From: Phoronis australis
Taxonomy: Eukaryota; Animalia; Phoronida
DNA: 64,000 nucleotides
NCBI GenBank assembly: GCA_002633005.1
Contig: NMRA01000372.1
Span: 335,058-399,057 of the forward strand
Direction: 5' to 3'
Shown here: positions 23,797 through 34,615 of the stretch, piece by piece
How the letters are laid out: each line of letters begins with the position of its first letter
Position numbering within the stretch: position 1 is the first letter of the stretch
The notes under the pieces: generated by a model
What the model saw: only the letters and a program-made list of their open reading frames with translations
Database searches by the model: none
What the model was told of the DNA's origin: nothing
Made by a program: the position numbers and the translations under genes

Positions 23797-24403
23797 ACAT
23801 GATATCCATGGGAATTTTGAAACCAAAATATACTTTTGTGGAACTTAAGCGCAGACATTGATCGAACATAATTAATGAAATCATGATACATGAAGACCGA
23901 TGAAAATGGACGATGACTTGTGAAGTTATACAACAGTACAAAGAGGGACGTGTTCGTTGACCTTCGTATTGCGCAGCGTGATAATCAGACTCCCTGGAGA
24001 TTTCGCCACAGTAAGTCAATCGCGGCAGGTAGGAAAAAAATCAACATGGTGACTGAGTGAGTGTGGAACAAACATCTAAATAGTTAAACATAAGAAATCT
24101 AAGAGAGGTGTTAATTTCTTACAAACACCCGTGTTCTTGTAAAATCCAGCTCTCACGGTGACATAGCTACCCCGGTATGACTTCGACTGTCTCAGTCACA
24201 TATAATTTACAGAAAATTTGGGGATACAGAAATTAAAGATATTTGAATCGATATTTTTTAAACTATCATGAACCAGCAAGGGAAACAACTTAAAAGTTGT
24301 TCTCCCTGGTTGGTTCATTTTAGTTACAGGAGATAAGAAATACATGTAAATGACACCCCTTATAGATTTAAAATCCATAGTCGTCGATTCAGTGCTAAAC
24401 ATG

Positions 24404-24794
24404 CAAGGTACCTAAACTACACGTTAACGGACTCATAAACACGGTCACGAACGCATGAACACGACTCACGTACATGTACCTGCAAACACGGGACACGGAC
24501 TCACATTCACGAAGAAAGACAATTAACGGACCGCCAAACACGGTTTACGGACAAAATGTAGATTTCAGCTGACCCAGGTAGCTGATGAGTCCGTGACCCG
24601 TGTTTGGCCGTCCAAAACGGTGTTTCTTCGTGAATGTTAGTGCGTGTCCCGTGTATTTGGGTGAATGGATCGTGTTTTGTGAGTCCGTTCCCGTGTTTGT
24701 GAGTCAGTGAACCGTGTTTGCAGGTACGTGAGTCGTGTTCATGCGTCCGTGACCGTGTTTATGAGTCCGCTGACCGTGTAGTTTAGGTACCTTG
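24404..24794. mobile_element. Palindromic MITE with 3-bp TSD (CACTA/CMC-like)
   Basis: Perfect 20-bp terminal IR CAAGGTACCTAAACTACACG, long imperfect arms rich in ACACGG subrepeats, ATG at both flanks (24401-24403, 24795-24797). Confidence 0.85.
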
Positions 24795-25345
24795 ATGTGT
24801 ATATTTCAATAGACACGTAGTGTAAAGTACATCGCGTGCAGTGAAAACTTGGTAGATAATTCTTCAAAACGCCGGTTTTTGTCTACTTGATAACCAAATT
24901 TTAAAAATGGTACAAACATGTAAAGAGAAGGCGACTGTAAAAACCAAATAATGGATACTTCAATTATCAACTTTTTGGATTCTGACATTTCGCCAGACAT
25001 CTAGTTAAAAGTTCTTGGCCGATAAAGCGCAGCTTTATTACCACTTGGCACTTTTTGATGTTTTAGACAGTAAATAATAATGTCACAAATTAAAACCAAA
25101 CGCTTATTTTAGTAGTGATTTTGGAAGTTACGAGAGACCTTGGCGAGTATAGGTATGGAAATTGGGGGTGAGGATGACACTCAGGCCTTAGGTGAAACAG
25201 GTAATAAGGGTTGACGCCGTACGAAGTCGACCCTCCCGCACCGGCGACTTTGGCCAGTGAAGTCGAGTGTTAGTCTATTCAGTCTGCGGACAGTCTTGAC
25301 TTTAAAGCTGACGTTCCAGAGTGGTAATTGTATGTTTTTATATAA

Positions 25346-25658
25346 CAGTGGCGGATTTAGGGGAGGGGGCAAGGATGCCACGCCCCCTCCCCCACCCCTA
25401 AAATTCTCTCAGATTCCATTTGGCAGTTTGGGGTCTGAATTGCTGGCTAGCATATGCGCTCACCCAGGGGGGGAGACTCGGCGGGAGAATGCACTATGCA
25501 CAGGCCTTGAACAATAATAATTAGTAATAAAATCCACAAACCCAAAAATTCGAGCTCCCCACATCCCTACATTTTAGGCTGGGCGCGTGCATGAGGCGAA
25601 ATTCTGCTTATTCAGGCTGTGCCCTGGTCCCCTAACTCAAAATCCTGCATCCACCCTG
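25346..25658 (+). mobile_element. hAT-type MITE with 5-bp TSD and internal insertion
   Basis: CAGTGGCGGATTTAGG...CCTGCATCCACCCTG; TATAA on both flanks; extra roughly 150 bp relative to the 17192 copy. Confidence 0.75.
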
Positions 25659-25776
25659 TATAATCATTATTTTCTACCCACTTTAGTGTCAAATAAGACA
25701 TGTACATGTACGCATACGTCTTGAACTCTAAATGCATAACCGAAGTTTTTACGCTGAATGTCAAAGACCAATAGTC

Positions 25777-28644
25777 GAATGTTGATCTCATTTCTTTGAA
25801 TGCAGAGTGCGTATCGCAAGAACGATCATATCTAATTATTGTGATGCCAGCTGGACTTTATTTCTGGTAAACGATACTCGATTCTGTCACTTCTGTTCCA
25901 AACTTATGAAAGCTTTGTACCGTTGCGATTCGTTGATTATTTCTGAGGGTTGATCTTAGCGTATTTATGAAACACAAAAACTGAAATATGGGTCCGTCTA
26001 ATTGCTATTACTACATTATCCTACCACACAACTTTTCATAATACTAGTCTTAGGTAGTATCAAACTCTTTTCGAGACCGCTCCGGGTCATGGCCCACAAT
26101 GACGGAGAGCGGGCTTCCACTGATGACGTCACACATTACAACACTTGATTACAAGTACACAAATTGAAGAAAAAATACCTAAAATAACATACCAAAATTG
26201 TTGGTGACTGACTACATGCATTTACATGTATGACCGTGGTGGTAAGGGTTGAAGGGTCTCAACAATAAGTCAAACTTGCGCAGACGCAGCAGCCGTATCA
26301 ACGAAAAGAAAAATAATTCATTCACTGACTCAAGTACATCGGCACTAGTAGTCGTTTGCATAATTTTTGTTGTCCTCATACACATTATACTTACATGTAT
26401 GTACATGTATAGAGAGACTCGTTTAATTAAAAACTTGTGGTTGCTTTTGTCCGGTTGGAAACAACAGTACAAAATGTTTTGAAAAGTTCAGGCTGCTATG
26501 TTTTAATTATCAACCTACACTCTTTCACTGTTTGTGCGACCAGTCTACAGGAGTGAAATCGCCTCGTCTGAGACGATTCACCTACAGTGCAGAGCTGTCA
26601 CACGACACGTGAATAGCGTCCACAGACCTTCATACACCAACGTTATGTTAACCAAGGTGCTTTACCAAGCGCAGTCTCTTAGGACAAGAGAACTCTGGCC
26701 ACAGCAAGTCAAGCCTATTCATAAAGCACGCCAAGTTATTTGAGTGCGTAATAATTTATCAGAATGTAATTTGCCTCTAGTTAGTTTCATCCGATTAGGT
26801 ATATTGCGGTCAAAACACAAACGATTTTTTAATGCATTTTCTCACATGACCTGGAATGTTTTACCACACGACTGGTTAATAACACCGAGTACGTATTTTT
26901 TTATATTACATGGGCGAATCACAAAGTAGTGCAAAGTAGAAATCCATGTACATGTACGCCTTACATTTTATTGTCTGCAAAATACTAACACCATCGGATG
27001 GGCTTATCCACGGAAAACCCCGGTACCAACCACCAAAACGCGCGCCAACCAAACAATGCCGGAATTCCATGAGGGTGACAAGGTTTTGACTGAGAAATCG
27101 GGTGTCGCAACTGTACGTACTCCCAGTTGGAAGGACATGCAAACAACTTCTTAAACAGGCGCATCTTCGGCGGTAAATTCCATATCCACGTGCAGTGGCG
27201 GATCTACNGAATGTTGATCTCATTTCTTTAATGCAGAGTGCGTATCGCAAGAACGATCATATCTAATTATTGTGATGCCAACTGGACTTTGTTTCTGGTA
27301 AACGATACTCGATTCTGTCACTTCTGTTCCAAACTTATGAAAGCTTTGTACCGTTGCGATTCGTTGATTATTTCTGAGGGTTGATCTTAGCGTATTTATG
27401 AAACACAAAAACTGAAATATGGGTCCGTCTAATTGCTATTACATGTACATGTACTACATTATCCTACCACACAACTTTTCATAATACTAGTCTTAGGTAG
27501 TATCAAACTCTTTTCGAGACCGCTCCGGATCATGGCTCACAATGACGGAGAGCGGGCTTCCACTGATGACGTCACACATTACAACACTTGATTACAAGTA
27601 CACAAATTGAAGAAGAAATACCTAAAATAACATACCAAAATTGTTGGTGACTGACTACATGCATTTATGACCGTGGTGCTAAGGGTTGAAGTCTCTCAAC
27701 AATAAGTCAAACTTGCCCAGACGCATCAGCCGTATCAACGAAAAGAAAAATAATTCATTCACTGACTCAAGTACATCGGCACTAGTAGTCGTTTGTTTAA
27801 TTTTTGTTGTCCTTATACACATTGTACTTACATGTATGTACATGTATAGAGAGACTCGTTTAATTTAAAACTTGTGGTTGCTTTTGTCCGGTTGGAAACA
27901 ACAGTACAAAATGTTTTTAAAAGTTCAGGCTGCTATGTTTTAATTATCAACCTACACTCTTTCAGTGTTTCTGCGACCAGTCACCAGGAGTGAAATCGCC
28001 TCGTCTGAAACGATTCACCTACAGTGTAGAGCTGTCACACGACACGTGAATAGCGTCCACAGACCTTCATACACCAAGGTTATGTTAACCAAGGTGCTTT
28101 ACCAAGCGCGGTCTCTTAGGACAAGAGAACTCTGGCCACAGCAAGTCAAGCCTATTCATAAAGCACGCCAAGTTATTTGAGTGCGTAATAATTTATCAGA
28201 ATGTAATTTGCCTCTAGTTAGTTTCATCCGATTAGGTATATTGCGGTCAAAACACAAACGATTTTTTAATGCATTTTCTCACATGACCTGGAATGTTTTA
28301 CCACAAGACTGGTTAATAACACCGAGTACGTATCTTTTTATATTACATGGGCGAATCACAAAGTAGTGCAAAGTAGAAATCCATGTACATGTACGCCTTA
28401 CATTTTATTGTCTGCAAAATACTAACACCATCGGATGGGCTTATCCACGGAAAACCCCGGTACCAACCACCAAAACGCGCGCCAACCAAACAATGCCGGA
28501 ATTCCATGAAGGTGACAAGGTTTTGACTGACAAATCGGGTGTCGCAACTGTACGTACTCCCAGTTGGAAGGACATGCAAACAACTTCTTAAACAGGCGCA
28601 TCTTCGGCGGTAAATTCCATATCCACGTGCAGTGGCGGATCTAC
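25777..28644. repeat. Head-to-tail 1.43-kb duplication (25777-27207 / 27209-28644), probable haplotype duplication
   Basis: Copies joined by a single N at 27208; both end in the first 15 bp of the hAT TIR. Confidence 0.9.
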
Positions 28645-30994
28645 CGGGGGTTCAGGGGGTTTAAACCCCCCTTCAGGCCAGGACCCAAAAATTAAAAAAA
28701 CAAAAACGTCTCCAGCGAAACAAAAACGGCATCGCAAGCGTGTGTAAACCCCAAGTAAACCAACTTGGAAAAAATGAGGGGGGGAGGGTTCACTCTGAAA
28801 ATATATTTTTGCATTGTGAATTGCTGTTATGAAAATCAACGCATTTCGAGTCTTCGTGGCTCATCGGCAAAACGCCGGAGATCAATTGTGCGCGCGCTTC
28901 CGTCGACACTTCTGAAGTAGCCAAGCATTTTAGATGGATCCACCGCTGAAAGAGCAGCTCTATTGCTGATTTCTTTAGGTAACTAGTTTCCTTACTCTAA
29001 GATATGTTTTGATTTGATTAGAGGAAATACTGTGGTGCCGCAACCCTGATATTCAGGCGAATTAACGTGCATCGTTTTTACCTCATTTGTCATGCCGTGT
29101 CATCCTATTACACTCCACACGTTTGTAAATCGAATTTGACTTGTGTATAGTAAAGTTTTCTTTCGCAATATCATACAGTGTACACTGTACATGTACATGT
29201 AATACTTTTGAAAAAAAATCGTTTTCCGAAGAATTGCTATTGTAACGGGCGCCGTGGTCTGGTCGCGAGTCTGTTTTAAGATGCACTCTAACAAGTTATG
29301 TCTATACATGAATGACCAAGGGGGAGTTCACATTGACGAAGTGACCGCATTCGCGAACAGTGTACAGTACCAGAAATTGCGGGGAGGCTGCATTTTCATA
29401 ACAAAGTCTTGCGGGACTAGAGCGATGTTCAATAGGCCTCCTAAGGAGCCTTAGTGCCGACCTCAACACCTACCGTCTTTCTACCTGCAATAAGCACCAC
29501 TGCCGTTTTGTATACTGGGAATTTCCGCAGAAAGGCCTACCCGACGAATCGCCCATGCCCACGGGCATTTATTTGATGTTAGTACTTCGGGTTTCAAGTG
29601 TTCAGACATTGGGACGTTTATTTCGAAAATTGCAAGAGATGCAAATGGGTCCTGGGATACATCGTCAAGGTTTGGAGTAGACCTTGATGAACGGATCAAA
29701 TTTAGTTGCGCAAGCTGTAAGTCTTTTGTATGGACTTGGTAACCTCAGGGGGCTTAGTGCCAACTGATCTGCGAAACGAGATGCTGATATTGTAGAGGCG
29801 TACAAGCTCATTGACACAGCAGTTGACGAAGTGCAAGTGTTGGGAACAAACGTCGAAGATGTCTGGGCAGAATGGTTCTAGGAGGAGCAAACCATTGGAT
29901 CCGATGTACAGATTCCTCGGCAGTCTATACAACAGAAAGATAGGACCAACGTTCCTGGAGAAACACCCAGGTAATAAGTTGAAATTTTACAGAGTTTGTA
30001 ATAATGGCGCTTTTTTATGATTGTGTACAATGAAAACGAAATAGAAATTATTTTTGGACTATCCAAATTTACCCAGTACACCAGAGGGTCTACGAGCGCA
30101 CAGAAACTGATTCTGGTTTGTATTTCCACTTGAGTCTATCTGCTTCATATCCAAAATCTATTTCACGTAGTGCGTAGTTAAATCTGTACTCATTACCTGT
30201 TTCTTCCAGTGAGTACTACAGAACGATGCGAAAACCCTTCTTAGACAACCTCTCGCAGCAGTTGACCACTAGATGTGTAAACTACACATATGAGCAACCA
30301 GTGGGGATTAAAAAGTGTCTAGAGAGAAGTTTTCAATTCAGAATTGTTTGCAAAGTACGCTTTAGGTCTCGCGACGGACCAGGCAGCTTGATTTGTGTAG
30401 ATATCGAGTTTAAGTGTACTTCTGATCTCTTGGCGAACTAGTCTTGTGATGTTTTTTACTAAAGTGTGCTTTGTAAAACTATTTATCTCAGCCAGTGCAG
30501 CTGTTTGGTCCCGCGACAGATCGACTACTTTTATAGGGATAATAAGCACAGGTGTACATTTGGTCTCATGACAGACGAGGCCAGCCTTTGTGTGTACTCT
30601 CAGTGTACGCCTGTTCCCTCTGCGAACTGGTCCTGCATATCTTTTCACCACGGTTTACAGAATGTTTTGGTTTCGTGAAACTGTTTTCAGATGATTTGTT
30701 TCCTGATACATTTGACGTTTTTCAATTGTTATCAACGTGATTCAGCTTAATAAAGTGATACTTAATTGTTTATTGTCGCTTTTAATACTAGACTATGAGC
30801 TGAGAGCACAATCATTCGCCAGTTGTTGTCGTAACGAGACAGAACACATGTTTATTTCCGGACTAACAGTACAGATCTTCGTTCTTAATCAACTTGAGGC
30901 CGCTGTTACGCGATCATCTGATATTCAAGTTTTTACGCCCCCTCGGTGTTCCTTATGCTCTTGAATATTTGGTAGTTGTCCAAACCCCTGTATA
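28630..30994 (+). mobile_element. Decayed hAT DNA transposon (left TIR present, right TIR not found)
   Basis: Begins CAGTGGCGGATCT like the MITE family and contains transposase remnants; right boundary is uncertain and set at the N. Confidence 0.65.
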
Positions 30995-31445
30995 NCGCCC
31001 GCCACAATAGCAATTCTTCGGAAAACGAGTTGTTTTTCAAAAATATTACATGTACACTGTATGATATTGCGCAAGACAACTTTACTATACACCAGCTAAA
31101 TTCGAGTTACAAACGTGTGGAGTGTAATAGCATGACACGGCATGACAGATGAGCTAAAAACGTTGCACGTCAATTTGCCTGAATATCGGGGTTGCGGCAC
31201 CACAGTATTTTCCCTAATCAAATCAAAACATATGTTAGAGTAAAGAAGCTAGTTACCTAAAGAAATCAGCTATAGAGCTGCTCTTTCAGCGGTGGATCCA
31301 TCTAAAATGCTTGGCTACTTCAGAAGTGTCGACGGAAGCGCGCGCACAATTGATCTCCGCGCATTTGCCGATGAGCAACGAAGAATCGAAATACGTTTAT
31401 TTTCAGATCAGCAATTCACAATGCAAAAAATGTATTTTCAGAGTG
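28791..31445. repeat. About 450-bp inverted repeat pair (28791-29251 / 30996-31445)
   Basis: Second arm is the reverse complement of the first with scattered mismatches and starts immediately after the N at 30995. Confidence 0.9.
29530..30275 (+). pseudogene. Intron-containing hAT transposase remnant (PRKRIR/THAP12-like)
   Basis: PTRRIAH..SWDTSSR..LGNLRGLS..KRDADIVEAYKLIDTAVDEVQVLGTNVEDVWAEWF*EEQTIGSDVQIPRQSIQQKDRTNVPGETP, phase-2 GT-AG intron 29971-30209, then SEYYRTMRKPFLDNLSQQLTTR; stops and frameshifts present. Confidence 0.8.
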
Positions 31446-32459
31446 ACGAAAACAAATTAATATTGCCTCCATGGGACATAGCAGCAGTCGGATACATTGA
31501 AATGTCGTCGGTTGACATGGGGGCGAACGCCGGATGTCCACTCAGTCAATGAGGGTAATATGTGTTCACATAATAATGGCCCATACTGCACTAGGTTCGC
31601 GTCAGACTTTTATAGATATTAGCCAAAATGGCTAAAGCATCTGAAAACATTTAGTCATTTTCAAAAATTATTAGCCAAATACTTTCTCTTTTCCCAACCA
31701 ACGCAATTAATAAAACTACGGACCGAACTATATACTTTTCGTGTTATGTACAGGTCCTTTTCATGTTGCACTATACACACGTAAGAAAGTGCCTCGAAAA
31801 AAACCAAAGAATCAGCATTACAAGGTCATATAGCAAAAGCACTGGGAAGTGCACGACTTCGGCTGTCGTGAATAGATAATCCATTAAGTAACAAACTGGC
31901 ATTTACTTCAACTTGCTTTCTTTCGGTCGACCCCGAACTAGTCTACATGTATTCGTCGTTTTAGCATTGTCACTTGCAGACGACAAGCGTACACGAGATC
32001 TCGCTGTGAAGCGAGAAATCGTCATTACCAAGAGCGCTCAGACCCCAGCACAGTTGAACATTTCGTTGCGGTAAAAGAGTGATTTTAGAGCGAATGCCGG
32101 ACATGAAATGGAACATTCACTTGTTAATTTTAGGAAGTATGAATGTCGTTTTCGGTGCAACTTGATTCGAGTTGACTGTGAATCGACATACTAGAAGGTT
32201 TCCCGAAATTGATTTTTAATGTCAAGCTACAGAAGCTTTCGACAAGTTGGCCAATGCACTTAACTCTACTGTCGCTAGTGCAGCTCTGAATTCGCCAATG
32301 GCGAGCCTAGCCATAAAGAAAGCCGCGTATTTATATCTTTCAAACTATAGAAGCGAATGTACATCTCGGAATTTTGTGGTGAAATTGGAAAGTGATGGGC
32401 TATCGATGATTTCCCAAAATGTTTTTGTTTTGTTACTTCATCGAAGCGAGGTTATTTTG

Positions 32460-34340
32460 GCCCGTATCTGGTTCAGTCACCACATTCTGCTATCATGCTT
32501 ACAGAAAGCAAGCCTTATGTACAAGCTTTTGAGTAACTCGATCTGCTGAGGCGAATTTTCAGTCAGTCCTCGTGTGTCGACGTTTTTGTCCACCGTTTCT
32601 CGCTATCAGGCTATAGTTCGTCACGTATCTGGTGCCACTAAAATCGTCTCCGACTTCGCAAGTCGCCAAAGACCAGAGTGCACGGACGCTTCGTGCCAAG
32701 TGTGGCTTTTCGTGAACGCTCTGGAAGATTATGTGGTGCTTCGTGCGACTGTTGCTGAGATCCATCAGGGAGAACACAGGCCCCTTCACCACTTGGCCGT
32801 CTTGGTTATCCATTCAGTCCGAGCCTCCCGAGTTACTGCGAGGACACTCTCATCTCACCCAAGGGACGTGGTCCTCAAAGAAAGTAATTACCAATGCTCG
32901 AGATGGTAAACGCTATCTCAACGTCGCCACTATCGCGCCAGATGGTTTACTTGTGGTTCGGCGATACAAGCCTCTCTCGTAGCTCGTGTAGAACCCATCA
33001 TCGTTCCACGTCCCATCGTGGACGGCTTACTCACGGCACTTCACTTACGGCTGGATCACCCCACCTCCCATCAACTGCGACTCGTCACCCAACGATACTT
33101 CTTTGCACTTGATTTAGACTCTGCCATCGACTGTTGCCCTCATATGTGCCATCAATGTTGTTCAATGCGCTCTTTCTCCAAAACCACGACCCTGCAGAGT
33201 ACCTCTGATACACCTGCCACGGTTGGGACGTCGTTTGCAGATGACGTCATGAAGCGCGAGCGACGAACTCGTTTTGGTACTCCGAGAGTCAGTCTCTTCT
33301 TACACAGCGGCTCATATCATTGCTACTGAACGCCACGAGGATCTTCAAAATGGTCTTTTCCAAATGTGCCTCGAATTGCGCTTGTTAGATGGCCCTCACG
33401 CCGTTAGCGGTACAAAAGGACAAACTCCTTGAATTCTTAAAGGACAAACTCCTTGAACTCTTAAAGGACAAACTCCTTGAACTCTTAAAGGACAAACTCC
33501 TTGAACACCATCGCATGTCAATTGAGATCGGACGCACCAAAAATCTCAACCATAACCCTGTTGCAGAGAAGGCCATGCAGGAGTTGTCACACAAGTTACT
33601 GCGTGATCTGCATGGCACAAGCAATTTCAGTTCCTTAAAGTTGGCCGTTGCGGCTGCTCGATTGAACAGTCGTCCTAGCTCCACCGGCTTGTCCGCAAGA
33701 GAGACGTGGTTTCAGCGCGACCAGTTCAGCAATTGCCAAATACCAGTTCATGACAATTTCTTGATGTCTTCCCAACGACAACAGCGGTCCATCAACCATG
33801 GACCCAGTACGCAATCCAAGACTCCTTTGGTCAATCAGGCAGTAGATTGCGACGCATCCATCGGCGACCTCTACTCCGATAGGGACAAGTCCAGAACCCG
33901 TCCACGATATCTCGTAGTTGCTTCCGATGGCGTGTGGTTGAGTTCGGAAATTTTCTGGAGATCAGTTGCGTAATGCTTCTTACCGTGCCAAACGCAGCGA
34001 GTTCAGTCAGAGGTTACTGACATTCCAGCCGCATCATGTGTCACTGACCCTTGTGACCACGACGACGACGACGAGATTCCAAACTTCTGTTGTTGCCGTA
34101 TCCGTTTCATCGTTGCCTTTGTCCTGCGGTCCAGTTCCACGGTACGACGGTTTACCACCTTCACGTTGCCCACTTATCGCCCCACCTGTGTTACCCACCA
34201 TCGTTCCTTCCCTGGTGCATTCCCCGACGACGCCTACTGTTGAAGTCTCCGTCTTCCCTGATCATCCAAAAGCCCAGAGGAGATCGCGACGACAGCGCCA
34301 CAAACCTCATCGACAAACTAACGATTGGCTTTATAACTGA
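32460..34340 (+). mobile_element. Decayed Gypsy/Ty3 LTR retrotransposon pol (RNase H + integrase)
   Basis: PYLVQSPHSAIMLTESKPYVQAFE..SPRVSTFLSTVSRYQAIVRHVSG..SDFASR (RNase H end); ALHLRLDHP...CPHMCHQC (HHCC finger); SFADDVMKR...NHNPVAEKAMQEL (integrase core); RNase H before integrase; multiple frameshifts. Confidence 0.9.
33415..33506 (+). repeat. 24-bp tandem repeat, about 3.8 copies, inside integrase
   Basis: AAAGGACAAACTCCTTGAACTCTT repeated; reads KDKLLELL. Confidence 0.95.
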
Positions 34341-34473
34341 TTTTACTTCGAACTGTGTTAAGTTCCTTCGACACCATAGTAACTAGGAATCTTATTAGAT
34401 CAGTTTACTGTTGTTTTTTTTTTGTTTTCAACTTTACTCGTTCTTAGTGTAAGATTTCCTCGTTTTCTGTGAC

Positions 34474-34615
34474 AGAAGAGGCAATCATGCCATTATATTG
34501 TTGTTCGTACAACTGTGCTTGGTTGGAACCTTCCCGGTTTTGTCTCGTTGTATTGCCGTCTGCGATTTAAACACGTCAAACTTACTACTCATTGTGCCTA
34601 GTTTATCTGGCGCTG
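34474..34615 (+). mobile_element. Candidate polypurine tract and 3' LTR remnant
   Basis: AGAAGAGG purine tract downstream of integrase, then a short segment; no TG...CA ends or 5' LTR to confirm. Confidence 0.3.
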
